A stretch of DNA of 63,787 nucleotides, filler included, from Choristocarpus tenellus KU-1152 (lineage: Eukaryota > Protista > Phaeophyceae): the NCBI GenBank assembly GCA_964200185.2. It is 12 parts of 12 records of this genome, joined end to end, with 100 filler letters (N's around TTAATTAATTAA, not from the genome) between each part and the next. Parts side by side here need not be neighbours in the genome. Positions count along the whole stretch, not along the records: positions 1 to 6,057 come from CAXNAD020009052.1; positions 6,158 to 14,584 come from CAXNAD020004720.1; 10 more parts are not named here. The stretch is one strand, 5' to 3'. Positions 1 through 11,520 of this stretch are shown one piece after another. Positions within the stretch are counted from its first letter, which is position 1. Every line of letters begins with the position of its first letter. The translations under genes were made by a program, and so were the position numbers. The notes beneath the pieces were generated by a model. The model had not been told where the DNA came from, did not search any database, and saw only the letters and a program-made list of their open reading frames with translations.

Positions 1-39
1 GTCTATTTTTTTTTTTTGTTGTGGGTTGGGTGTTGTGGG

Positions 40-235
40 GGGGGGCGGGGGGGGGGGGGGGGGGGGGGCGGCGCACACCAAGGTGTCCATTCGGGCCCTG
101 ACCAGGAAAAGTGCACTCACATTATCCGTCCAACGCATGCAACCAAATCACCCAAAAATTGCGACATGAAAAAATGGGCCCCGAATGGACAGCCACCACC
201 CCCCCACCCCCCCACCCCCCCAAATACTTTGAGCC
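40..235 (+). mobile_element. MITE family A copy (left end low quality)
   Basis: Matches 7120-7298 and 41578-41752; right end CAAATACTTTGAGCC. Confidence 0.8.
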
Positions 236-314
236 TGAAGTTCTAGAACATTGACATGATGAGGTACGACAACACTGCTTCTTGTGGCCTTTGACTATCA
301 CCCTTGAACTATAG

Positions 315-390
315 GTTCAACAAGGGAGATGGATGTGATGGTGCCGGTGTTCGGCTCGGTGGCCACTTTGACTACGGTATCAACAACAAA
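315..390 (+). CDS. Isolated exon, possible right-handed beta-helix protein
   Basis: ctatag|...|gtgaga boundaries; encodes FNKGDGCDGAGVRLGGHFDYGINNK, resembling the GAGVRxGG..GxNN motif of brown-algal beta-helix proteins (recalled similarity). Confidence 0.45.
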
Positions 391-1267
391 GTGAGAGTAA
401 CAGAGAGAGAGCTAGGGAGATTGAGAGAGATCGAGAGGGATTGAGAGATTGAGAGACATCATCCTCAACCTTAACCCTAAGCTGATCTCAACTGAAGGAC
501 TGAAATTGTCCACCATAGGGTGGTACTAGGCTGCATGTTTACTACCACTACCAATAGTAATAATAATATAAATGTATATTGAAATCAAGTTTGCTGGTAC
601 TAAACTTTGGGACTCGAGGAAGAAAAAAAGAAGAGCCACTCACCACATTGGACATACTTCTTTTAAAGTTTGTAATTTTTGTGAGTATATATATATTTTT
701 TCCTTGAATGTTCATGTAAGCCTGGGACCAGCAGTTTTTGTGCACATCACGCCTCCTCCCCCTTACCCACCCCCTCGGCAATATTGGTGCTCATAGTTAT
801 CACCCTAATCCTTTGAGTAACGCCTGCCAAGGAACTAAGAAATGTTGATAGGAGGGCATGAGAGGATGTTGCACAGAAAAACACATGCATCATAGTGGGT
901 GGGTTAAGGTTAGGATACCATAGGGTCAGGTTTCGGACGTGACTTTTCATACATGTTTCCTATGCCCTCAATCACATTGCTGTTTTTGTTGTAGTGATTC
1001 CTATTGATCATGATTTCTACTCCATAGACACATGGCTATTTTTGTCTTATATCTCTATATATCTCACGCTCTGATTGCTATTCCTTGTACTATCTACTCT
1101 GCCAATATTAGTGCACTCATGTTATTTATTTCTCATCGCAGAATATTATTTTTGTTCTGGTTTTCTCTTACGAACTTCTTTGCTGTATGTATTCTTAATT
1201 TCATTATTATGCCCTTCTTAACAATTGAAAACCCAACTTAATATCATACCAAACCCTAAAAAGGTAA

Positions 1268-1525
1268 GAGCCAAAGTATCTTAGAGGGTAGAGCCGCGTC
1301 CATTTGGGGGCCAAAATCCAATGTTGCGATTTTGATGTAATTTCGACTATCGTGTTTGTTAGCATGTGTCAATATCCATGTTCCGGACAAGTTTTCATAA
1401 CATGTACAATTTACCTGCTCCTAAACATTTTGGAGTAGGAAAAATGTCATAAAAGAACCTACGGGAAGCCAAGCCCCAAATAGACAAACAGAGCAAAACT
1501 CGTACCCTCTAAGATACTTTCACTC
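1268..1525 (+). mobile_element. MITE family B (258 bp), 4-bp TSD GTAA
   Basis: TIR GAGCCAAAGTATCTTAGAGGGTA...TACCCTCTAAGATACTTTCACTC; GTAA on both flanks. Confidence 0.93.
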
Positions 1526-1595
1526 GTAAAGAGAGGAAAATGACCTTTATTAAATATCCTTTCTTATTCCCGACGGAAAGGAGCACCCCAACTAA

Positions 1596-1850
1596 GAGTC
1601 AAAGTATCTTAGAGGGTAGGGCCGCGTCCATTTGGGGGCTAAAATCCAATGTTGCGATTTTGATGTTTTAATTTTTTCTATCGTGATTGTTAGGAAGTGT
1701 CAATATTCATGACAAATCTTTTCATAACGTATACATTTTAGCTACTCCTAAACGTTTGGAGTAGGAAAATGTCATAAAAAAAGTCATGGGAAGCCAAGCC
1801 CCAAATGGACAAATAGGGAAAAACTTCTACCCTCTAAGATACTTTCGCTC
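1596..1850 (+). mobile_element. MITE family B copy, apparent 3-bp TSD TAA
   Basis: Same TIRs and internal sequence as 1268-1525. Confidence 0.92.
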
Positions 1851-3025
1851 TAAAATTTTCATAAACAAAACATGTACTATTCATTAATAGGCAAAAAACC
1901 AGGTGTACAAGAACCACATAATAATCAATATTAACTGGATACCAGATACCTCATAATTCGTATTCAACCTTTCAATCTCTTTCAAAATACTCTCATCATG
2001 AACGTCACTATTAAAACTCTTTAGTTCAGCAAGTATTCCTACTTCAGTGTATTCAAAAATCAATTAATTTGATTAGTAATCAAATTCAAAGTGATATGTC
2101 TCTCAAGGAGATAAAACCAAATGCAACATTCCATCAAGGCCGTTGTTATTAAATTGATTATTGTGAAATTGTTACATTATCGAAAAAAAATATCCCTTCC
2201 GTGAGAATCGAGGTCGTCTGTGGCTAACCCTCTGCACTGTACGTGACTCTGAATACCGAGTGTGTCGGAAGGTAAAAAGACGAAAATATTTCCACTTCGT
2301 GCAAGGTTATCAGGTGTGTACGGCTGGAGGATGATGTGGACCGACGGCGACATGCCATCCTCTCCGGGTCTGACTCCATGCGTAAAATATTTTCTCTCTC
2401 TCCTTCCGTTTGTTTGTCCTGTCCCATTTCAAATGTTCCCACCCGATGTAGACATCCTGCAATCTACTGAGAGGCTTAGTCCAACCACCGAACGCCGCAA
2501 TGCCTCCAAAGGGAACCAGAAGGTGAATCCCCACCCAAGAAACGTTCACCCTTCGTGCAGCCTACACTGGGGCGTCTCTGAATGACCAATATAGCAAACA
2601 CACCGTCATGATTTAGCACCTTTGGCGGATGTTGCAGCTATCGTTCGTTCACGTAGCATGTATTAGCATGTGACTGACATGACGGTGCACCCAAGTTGCT
2701 GTATTTGTTACCTTTACAACCGTGTACACACCAGCTGCAGATTATGGTGTCACCAACATACATAAACCCGACGCCCTGTATTTACTTGGGTTTCCGACCG
2801 TGTACACATTGCCTGTCAGCAGTGGTAACACCAACATTTTCATATTCGATGCCCTGCATTTATTTCATTTGCAACTGTGTACGCACCAGCTGCCAGCAGT
2901 GGTATTACCAGCATTTTCAGATTCGATGCCCTGTATTTATTTGCGTTTCCATCCGTGTACGCACCACCTGTCAATGCCAGTAACATCCACATTGACGAAT
3001 TCAGTACCCTGTATTTGTCACCTTT

Positions 3026-3281
3026 GAGTTGAAGTATCTTAGAGGGTAGAGTCGCGTCCATTTGGGGGCCAAAATCCAATGTTGCAATTTTGATGTAATT
3101 TGGCAATCATGTTGTTAGGAGATGTCAATATCCTTGTTCTGGACACACCTTTTCATGATGTGTACATTTTATCTACTTCAAAACATTTTGGAGTAGATAA
3201 AATGTCATTAAAACCCGCGGGAAGCCAAGTCCCAAATGGACAAACAGGGCAAAACTCGTACCCTCTAAGATACTTTCACTC
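3026..3281 (+). mobile_element. MITE family B inserted in a satellite unit, 4-bp TSD CTTT
   Basis: Removing the element and one CTTT restores GTCACCTTTACAAC, as in the uninterrupted unit at 2701. Confidence 0.95.
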
Positions 3282-3420
3282 CTTTACAACTGTACACACC
3301 AGCTGTTAGCGGTGGTAATACCAACAGTTTCAGATTCGATGCCCTATATGTTTTTCATTTGCAACCGTGTACACCCCAGCTGCCAGCAGCGGTAAAACCA
3401 ACAGTTTCCGATTCGATACC

Positions 3421-3679
3421 GGGTGAAAGTATCTTGGAGGGAACGAATTTTACCCTGTTTGTCCGTTTGGGGCTTGACTTCCACGGGGTTTTTAATGACA
3501 TTTTCCTACTCCGAAACGTTTCGGAATATGTAAAATGTATACGTTACGAAAAGGTATGTCCGGAACAAGGATATTGGCACTTCCTAACAAACGCGATATA
3601 GCCTAGATTACATTAAAATTGCAATATTGGATTTTGGTCCCAAACGGACGCGGCTCTACCCTCTAAGATACTTTGACTC
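3421..3679 (-). mobile_element. MITE family B, inverted, in satellite; TSD TACC/TGCC
   Basis: Termini GGGTGAAAGTATC...GATACTTTGACTC; splits the consensus TTCGATGCCCTGTATT. Confidence 0.92.
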
Positions 3680-4865
3680 TGCCGCGTATTTTTTTCATTT
3701 GCAACCGTGTAGACACCAGCCACCAGCAGTGGTAATACCTACAGGTTCAGATTCGATGCTCTATATTTTTTTATTTGCAACCGTGTACACCCCAGCTGCC
3801 AGCAGTGGTAAAACCAACGGTTTCAGATTCGATGCCCCGTGCGTTTCTGCGTTTACAATGGTGTACACAGCACCTGTCAGCAGTGCTAGTACCAGCATTT
3901 TCAAATTCGATACCCTATAGTTGTTGCCTTTATAACCGTGTGTACTCACCAGCTTCGGACGGTGGTGTCGTGAACAATTTTCAAATCCTATGCCCTCTAT
4001 ATTAATTACCCCTGTATGGCCGTGTGCACACCCCCAGCTGCCAGCAGTGGTAATACCAACAGTTTCAGATTCGATGCCCTATATTCTTTTCATTTGCAAC
4101 CGAGTACACCCCAGCTGCCAGCAGTGGTAAAGCCATCAGTTTCAGATTCGATGCCCTGTATTTTTTTTCATTCCTAACCGTGTAGACACCAGCTGCCAGC
4201 AGTGGTAATACCAACAGTTTCCAACAATTTCAGATTCGATCCCCTGTGTTTTTTTTCATTCCCAACCGAGTACACCCCAGCTGCCAGCAGTGGTAATACC
4301 AACAGTTTCAGATTCGATGCCCTGTATTTTTTTCACTTCCAACCGTGTAGACACCAGCTGCCAGCAGTGGTAATACCAACAGTTTCAGATTCGATGCCCT
4401 ATATTTGTTTGATTTCTCAACCGAGTACACCCCAGTTGCCAGCAGTGGTAAAACCAACATTTTCAGATTCGATGCCCAGTACTTTTTTTCATTTCCAACC
4501 GTGTAGACACCAGCTGCCAGCAGTGGTAATACCAGCATTTTCGAATGCAATAGACTGTATTTGTTACCTTTATAACCGTGCACTGACCACCTCTCAGCAG
4601 TAGCGATACCAACATTTTCAGATTCGATGCCCCGTACGTTTCTGCATTTGCAATCGTGTACACAGCACCTGTAGGCAGTGGTAGTACCAGCATTTTCGAA
4701 TTGAATACCCTGTACTTGTTGCCCTTATAACTGTGTGTACTCACCAGCTTCGGATTGTGGTGTCGCGAACATTTTCAAATCCGATGCCCCATATTCATTA
4801 CCTGTACAGCCGTCTACACACCACCAGCTGCCAGCAGTGGTAACACCGGCTTTTTCAGATCCAAT

Positions 4866-5118
4866 CCTCTATGTTAGAGGGCACGACGTTTTCGCCGGTT
4901 GTCCTTTGGGGCTTGGCTGCCCACGCGTTTTGAATGACATTGTATAAGTAATCTAACATGTTGTCGAGAAGTACAATATCTACATTATGGAAAGGAGCGT
5001 CCGGAAAAAGGACATTGACATCTCCGAACAATGAAGATGGGAAGAATTACAGATCAAATGCGACACTCGAATTCGGCCGCCAAATGGATGCGGCCCTAAC
5101 CCTAAGATATGTCGACTA
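4866..5118 (-). mobile_element. Divergent MITE related to families B/C at the end of the satellite
   Basis: TTAGAGGGCACGA...GTCCTTTGGGGCTTGGCT...CCAAATGGATGCGGCCCTAACCCTAAGATATGT parallels the family B layout. Confidence 0.65.
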
Positions 5119-5535
5119 GCACCCATGATATCGACCCTAACCCTTAACCAAAAAAAATCACCCACATTTTCAACACTAATCTCAATCCGCCATATATAGA
5201 TTTCACCTCACATCGCACACATCAATCAACATATAATCAATCCAACTGCTTTAATCTGAAATGGCTACAGCGAATTCGACCGAACCTTTTTCCGAAATTG
5301 GAACATGTATTGCAGTCACTTGTGTTGAGAGTAATCAGACACCTGATCAGAATTAAAGGGAAGATTCCACGATGCAATTTCATATCAGACAACATCTGTC
5401 TGTCCGGGGTGACGTGGTGACACCTTTGATACGCACAAGTAAGGGCTTCAATACCGTTGGAAAATTTATGATATGGTTCACATCGGAAACGGACATACAC
5501 TCCCCCGATAATCCTGCCGCGTTTTCGATATCGAT

Positions 5536-5955
5536 GGCCTCTACCGTTCGACAGAACACATGAAACTCATTCATCACTGTCTGCCATATGTCAACCGTAA
5601 ACCTGTGCATGGTTGCCCTCCCGACATATAACTCGGGTCGGTGCGTAAATTCCTTTCATGTTCACCTTTCACTTTCGAGATTCGAAGTTATGTTTTCCAG
5701 CTCAGGATTACTGTTTGAAATTGACACACACCCCCACCAGCAATTTCGCCGTGCCTTGGATATTGATGGCCTTTACTGTTCGACAGAACACATGAAACTC
5801 ACTCGTCACTGTCTGCCTTATGTCAAGCATAAATCTGTGCATGATTGCCCTCCCGAAATATGACTCGGGTCAGTGCGTAATTTCCTTTCATGTTCACCTT
5901 GTATTTTCGAGATTTGAAGTTATGTTTTCCTGCTCAGTATTACTGTTTGAAATCG

Positions 5956-5958
<3 letters not shown>
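5536..5958 (+). repeat. Direct duplication of a ~190-bp segment, period ~232 bp
   Basis: GGCCTyTACyGTTCGACAGAACACATGAAACTCA...ACTGTTTGAAAT at ~5536 and ~5768. Confidence 0.85.
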
Positions 5959-5999
<41 letters not shown>

Positions 6000-6057
6000 T
6001 TATGGACTTATACTTTCTTCTACTACACACAAAACACAAACCACACACTCCTCCCTC

Positions 6058-6157
6058 NNNNNNNNNNNNNNNNNNNNNNNNNNNNNNNNNNNNNNNNNNN
6101 NTTAATTAATTAANNNNNNNNNNNNNNNNNNNNNNNNNNNNNNNNNNNNNNNNNNNN
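6058..6157. other. Artificial contig spacer N44-TTAATTAATTAA-N44 (first of 11; others at 14585, 21433, 26193, 29561, 33908, 40347, 43056, 47141, 49779, 54116)
   Basis: The same 100-bp block with a six-frame stop linker recurs 11 times. Confidence 0.98.
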
Positions 6158-6920
6158 TTGTGAAAGGTCAATGAAAAAGCTCTCGCACTTTTTGAAGCAG
6201 TGCGGGCTGCAAAGGTTCCATCCAATCGAGCTACCCTCCAGATGCTAGGATGGAAGGCGAGAGATCAGCTCCTCAGCAGTTCGAAGTCCGATGAAGAACG
6301 CCAGCGACTCAGCGAATTTGATGCAAGCGATCACTGGGTAACAAATTTTGTCACCTGCAACAATCTCAAAAGTATGTTACTCCACGGTGAAGCGGGCAGC
6401 GTTGACGAAGAAGCTATTGCAGATGGAATGGCGACTGTCCGCAAAGAGTGCAAAAATTGCGACCTAGATAATATCTTCAACGTGGATGAGACACGACTGT
6501 TCTACCGGGTGCTCCCCCGGTGAACGTACCTTGTGCCTGGCGAGCACGGCAAGAGAATGAGAGGTGTGAAGGGTATGAAGGTGAAGGAACACCTTACGGC
6601 CTACAATTGTGTCAATGCCAGTGGTACCGCAAAAATGCCACTGGCCTTCATAGGAACAGCCGCGAATCCAAGATTCTTCGGTGTAGGCAAAAGACTGCTG
6701 CCAAAAGACACCCTTTACCTGAACCAGGCACGTGCGTGGTCAGACACCCGCACTTTCGGTCTTTGGTTCAGGACCTTCCTGCACTAAGTTCGCAAAATGA
6801 CTTCGAAGCCCGTTCTGTTTCTCATGGACAACCATAGCAGCCATGCCAGCCTAGAAGACCCGATTTTGTTCCGCTTTTATCGGGCATGCCCATGGGTGAA
6901 CAAAATCGGGTAACCCACTG
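6158..6920 (+). mobile_element. pogo/Tigger-like (CENP-B HTH + DDE_1) transposase pseudogene with right end
   Basis: ASDHWVTNF, LHGEAGSVD, IFNVDETRLFY, AWSD, LFLMDNHSSH in one frame with stops at 6521 and 6785; ends in ...TAACCCACTG|TA, typical of pogo CAGT termini with a TA target. Confidence 0.9.
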
Positions 6921-7119
6921 TATTTCCTAAAACACGAGGAGAATGCTCGCGCAATTCGCGTGTAACAAATGCTTGCACTTCGTTCGAATACAAGAAGAAA
7001 CGCTCGTGCTATTTGCCTGTAACTGTTGTATTTTGTACAAGAATATCATACATACAACGTATTGCATAAATGTTGTGTAATATGTTTGTATTGTATGATT
7101 ATATGACTGGATTTGAAGT

Positions 7120-7298
7120 GGCCCAAAGTATCTGGGGGGGGGGGGATCTACACCATGGTGTCAATTTGGCCCCAAATCAGGAAAAGTGCATTTACATCAT
7201 CCATCCGATGTATGCAACCAAATCACCCAAAAATCGCGACATAAAAAAAATGACTACAAACAGACAGCCACCCCCCAGCCCCCCAGATTCTTTGAGTC
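7120..7298 (+). mobile_element. MITE family A (~180 bp), TSD AAGT/AGGT
   Basis: TIR GGCCCAAAGTATCTGGGGGG...CCCCCCAGATTCTTTGAGTC. Confidence 0.9.
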
Positions 7299-8199
7299 AG
7301 GTGCATCCTACACATACCTAGAATATGTCACTGACGTTGTCATATTGCGGATTCTTGATTGAACTTATCTTGATGATCTTTGGTTCTACCAAATCCCTCT
7401 TTATTAAATCGGTGTTTTCTACTTCTTCTCACTTCTCAACTTTGTCCTATCTTCACAGATAGAAGGACCATACTCAGTATAAATAACAAAGACACCTGAA
7501 AATACCAACACCTCTTTATTCCTCTTCAGGACTCTCAAGAGCCAGAAGTCCAGACTATCTACTGTCTTTTTAACACTGTAGGGGGTAAGAGGGGTGGGTG
7601 GTTGACCCAATGATACGGCAGGAGGCAAACCCAAGATTTCGTCTTTTTTATTTTATTGGGGTGGCTGAGGCTAAGAGATGTGCCTTAGGCAGTTTCCTTA
7701 ATTTGTTTTCTCCTCCTGACCGACCCACCATATCAACCATCAAGAAGGCTTCAAAGCGATTCTAACTATTTAAACCTTCCGACTATTGAGTCAAACCGAG
7801 TGAGAGGTAGGCAGGGTTACATTTGAGGATCCCGAGAAGGGCCAAGAATATTGTCACTTTGTACAATTGCAGAAAGATCTCTTACCAAATTGCGGTGTCA
7901 CTTTTTGGGCACGTAAAGGGGGAGTATCAGTTTTGCACACACTACTGTGTACATATGCAACGAAATAGAGCGTATTGCACAGGGTAAGAAAGATGGCTTG
8001 GAATGCAAAAGGGTCCAAACCTGCCTACATCTCAATTGGTTTTGCTCATTAGGAATGTTCTATATCCCGTAAATGGGGCGAAATTCTCCACATTCAGACC
8101 CGGCTTAAGTAATTTTTCATATTACTGGAAGAAAACTAAGCAAAATTATTGTTCATAGTATACTCCCTTTGGTCCTGAAGTCTGTGACGCTAAGGGCCT

Positions 8200-8590
8200 A
8201 ACTTCTTGAGATGACCCCCGATGAAAAATCGTTGATTATGTTGGATTCCTTGATGTTCTTTAAGCGAAAATAATTCTTTGTCGCTTCCTTTGTGCCCATC
8301 AACCCATTAATACACCACTGGATCAGAGGCCCCTCTGTCAATTCTGACCCATTTTGGCAGGCTTCCTTCACATGCCTGTTCTCAGTTCTGGTGTGCTCTA
8401 CCTCAAAATCATTACCCCCTAGCGCCTTCAAACTTGATTGTCCCACTTAAAGAGGCTCTGCCACATCTTCCATAAAGTAACTCCGTCACATGCACCATAC
8501 ATGCTCTTTGCCCCCTTCTCAAGGTCGGCTATCGTACCATAGCACTCCCTCCACACTCTACTTTGTAGGGATGTTAAAACCTCAAATTGT
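8200..8590 (-). pseudogene. Possible non-LTR retroelement RNase H relic
   Basis: Frameshifted fragments WRECYGTI..MYGA and QWCINGLMGTKEATKN resemble the RNase H of algal LINEs; weak. Confidence 0.3.
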
Positions 8591-8593
8591 TGA

Positions 8594-8873
8594 GATTCAA
8601 AGCATTTCAGAGGGTGGGGGCGTGTCCGTTCGAGGTGATAAATCCAATATTGCGATTCTGATGTAATTTTGACTATCGTGTTTGTTAGCAAGTATCAATA
8701 TCCTTGCTCCGGACACACCTTTTACAGTACACTTCACCTACTCCGAAAAGTTTCGGATGAGGTAACTGTGTTCACAGAAAACAAAAAAAAAGGGGCATGA
8801 AAAACCCCGTGGGAAGCCAAGCCCTAAACGAACAAACAGGGGTAACCTCCTACCTTCTGAAATGCTTTGGATC
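8594..8873 (+). mobile_element. MITE family C (280 bp), 3-bp TSD TGA
   Basis: TIR GATTCAAAGCATTTCAGAGGGT...ACCTTCTGAAATGCTTTGGATC; interior homologous to family B; TGA on both flanks. Confidence 0.88.
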
Positions 8874-8979
8874 TGATATTGAGATCAGGTGACTGCGCAG
8901 GCTGTGTTACAAGCTGGATGTTCCACCCCACTTCCATCCCCGCTTTGTTGAGCTTCATTGTGTGTCTTTTCCTGAATGG

Positions 8980-9220
8980 GGGGTCTCTTCGTTCGGCTGT
9001 GCGACCACCTCCTCACCCTCCAATCAGAGTATTTTCCCCTTCAACACGGGGAGAAGACTCTCTATTTACCATCAATGGTACCCCACTTGGAGTCTCGTGT
9101 TGCCTTAAACAGCGAACGCCGCTCAGCCTTCATCAAGGCTCTCCCTGGGCCTCTACCAGGACTCCTACCCTATGTGTCGAAGCTGTATGGGGACAGCCGT
9201 AATCTTCTTTCCCCCCCTGG
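8980..9220 (+). pseudogene. Non-LTR retrotransposon reverse transcriptase fragment (CRE/NeSL-like)
   Basis: PLQHG...ALNSERRSAFIKAL...PGLLPYVSKLYG resembles the RT AFNSxxR...PxLxPxVxxxY region. Confidence 0.55.
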
Positions 9221-9224
9221 ATGA

Positions 9225-10230
9225 CGGAATTGGCCCCAATGGTCACACTGAAGCCGTGCTGCTGCCCCCTCTCATGGCGGGCTGGTTTTCTCTATGCGTG
9301 CTAGATGATGCAAGCACGCCAGATTCTGATTTTGCTGTTGAAATTGCGGGAAGGATTCGGGCATGAAATGGCGCAGATGAATATCACCTTAGGAATGTGA
9401 CCCTTGTGCTGTACCTTGGTGGAGCTCATCCTTTGAGCCAAAGTATCTTAGAGGGTAGGGCTTCATCCATTTGGGGTCAAATCCAATGTTGTGATATTGA
9501 TATAATTTTGGCTATCGTGTTTGTTGGGAAGTGCCATTATCCTTGTTCCGGACACAACTTTTCATGACTTGCACATTTTACCTGCTCCGAAACATTTTGG
9601 AGTAGGAAAATGTCATAATTATACGCCATGGGGAGTCAAGCCCCAAATGGACAAACAGGGCAAAACTCGTACCCTCTAAGATACTTTCACTCTTTCCTCC
9701 CTGGGGAACGCTCCCCATTGCGAATGAGGAAGAGCCATGCTTTGTCGAAATGAATAGTGATGAGGCCACTTCTGTGATTGATGTGGTTCCTTGCTGCTTG
9801 GTCAAGAATGATATCTACCTGATTCTTTCGATGTGTCAGTGACAGGCTCGGGGTAATGCACCATTTCACCCACGTTGTCTCCATCACTTCTAGCCATCGC
9901 TAAAGCTTCGAGCTGCTGGCCATGAGACTGACTTCGGTTAGCTTGACAGACAACTGATCGAGGGTCAGGGTTTGATTCGTGGCGTTGACCTTTCGAATCT
10001 TCGCATGCCTTGTCAGTGCGAAATCAAATGGTTGCCTTCTCCGCGATACTGATTTCAGGAAAAAGGTGTTGCCATTGTCCAATTGTTCTCCTACACCTGG
10101 CCACAGTTCTCTTGGATATTGTTAGTCAAATCCAAACTGCTCTGCCAACTCCAGTGCAACATACCGCAAAAGAGTAGCGTACAGCCAGCACACTTTGACC
10201 TTCCTTGACCAGCTCACAACTTCTACCCCA
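9225..10230 (-). mobile_element. Decayed DD39D mariner-like transposase interrupted by a MITE
   Basis: ELAEQFGFD (HTH), ITPSLS, TIHFDKAWLFL, then beyond the MITE VQHKGHIPKVIFICAISCP..FNSKIRIW; homologous to 62600-63530. Confidence 0.8.
9435..9692 (+). mobile_element. MITE family B nested in the mariner relic, TSD TTT (or CTTT)
   Basis: Full family B TIRs. Confidence 0.92.
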
Positions 10231-11520
10231 GGCCGATGGGCACCCAGTGAAAGGCGGCGGACTCACCGGAGTGCCCATATTGGCTAGAAGATTCACGTTG
10301 CAGATGTGTCTGGAGGCAAAGCAAGAGCTGTATACGGCTCTTGGTGAGGCGTTCAGATGTCGTGTGACGATGGAGGAGAGGCTGTACGTGCCACTGGGTG
10401 CAGCGCTGCCACTGAAAATGGAACCAAAAACGGTTATTTTCTGTTCCACTTCTCGGAACAAAATGCGAAAAACAAAATACCCTCCAAAACCATTATATCC
10501 AGACCCCCAATTTGAGCCATACACCACTAGGAAAGTCTTCGTATTTGTGAAGAAACGGCCAGAACAAAAGGAGAACATTCATAATGTCGCAGACTGACGT
10601 GATGGAGGGAGTGTGTTCATTGGCAGTCATTGCTTGCATCTACACCATCGCTAATATTGAGTGCGAGTGGTTATTTAATCTGAGGGTGAGTTACCTTTTA
10701 AGTATTTCACTCAAGCGTTGCACTACAGAAGGATATCTTGACCTGATCTGTCATTCTTTATAAAATATGATTATAAAATATAATGATAATATTTTATTCA
10801 TAACAAAATTAGTTAACCCCAAGTAGTATATACTTACGTACATGCATATGCATATATCTAAATCACGCCAAGCAAGACAGGGGGTAGGTGTGTTAACACC
10901 CATACCTTGCCAAGCAAAGCATCTTTACACCCAACCCCAAGGCGAAAACACTCAACGGTGCACGCACAAATAATTTTACACTCTCCATCATCACTGCTAA
11001 TGACCTAAAGTCTATATAAAAAAACAGAATTAATTCTTGGAACACAGGCTAACTCTGGAAATAGTCACAGGTGCCATACGTACTTTTGTATGTTCTTCAA
11101 AATGATACTATATATATATATATAGACGTATCTTACACAAGAAAATTCCTGGTTTCTGCACAACAAGAGGAGGGCACACATACAAAAACACATACATGCG
11201 CATTCAAAGTATGGACTGCGCACATAAATGCAAAAACAAGTGGATAAATAACCAACATTAATCTCACGCAACCCAGGGAATAATTACAAAAGAAACTGGA
11301 ACATATAGTGAACTGCGCCATTACTTATCCTGGAGAAATGAGCTTGTCTTAGCTTCGTTTTCTTGCTGCGGAATACTGCTCCCTTTGTCTTGCCCCAACA
11401 CATGCAAGAGCTGTACAACCAAATCACTATGGTATTTTACGTTTGCAGATATGTGTGCCCTTTCTACCCAAGATGGGCAAACGGACAACTTGCTGCCCTG
11501 TGGGAGACCCACAGCAATGT

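Larger units (their letters stand above)
2696..4865 (+). repeat. Tandem array of a ~77-bp unit (about 20 copies) interrupted by two MITEs
   Basis: Recurring unit ...CAACCGTGTACACACCAGCTGCCAGCAGTGGTAATACCAACAGTTTCAGATTCGATGCCCT...; GATGCCCT at 4073 and 4150 gives a period of 77. Confidence 0.93.

Noticed and set aside
2696-4865. CRISPR-like array
   Set aside because: Units are homologous along their whole length with no unique spacers, there are no cas genes, and the context is eukaryotic.
6102-6113. Recurrent TTAATTAATTAA palindrome as a biological site
   Set aside because: It is always centred in 44+44 Ns, so it is an assembly linker.
10205-10597. 130-aa plus-strand ORF
   Set aside because: No recognisable domain; it lies in the 5' region of the minus-strand mariner relic.
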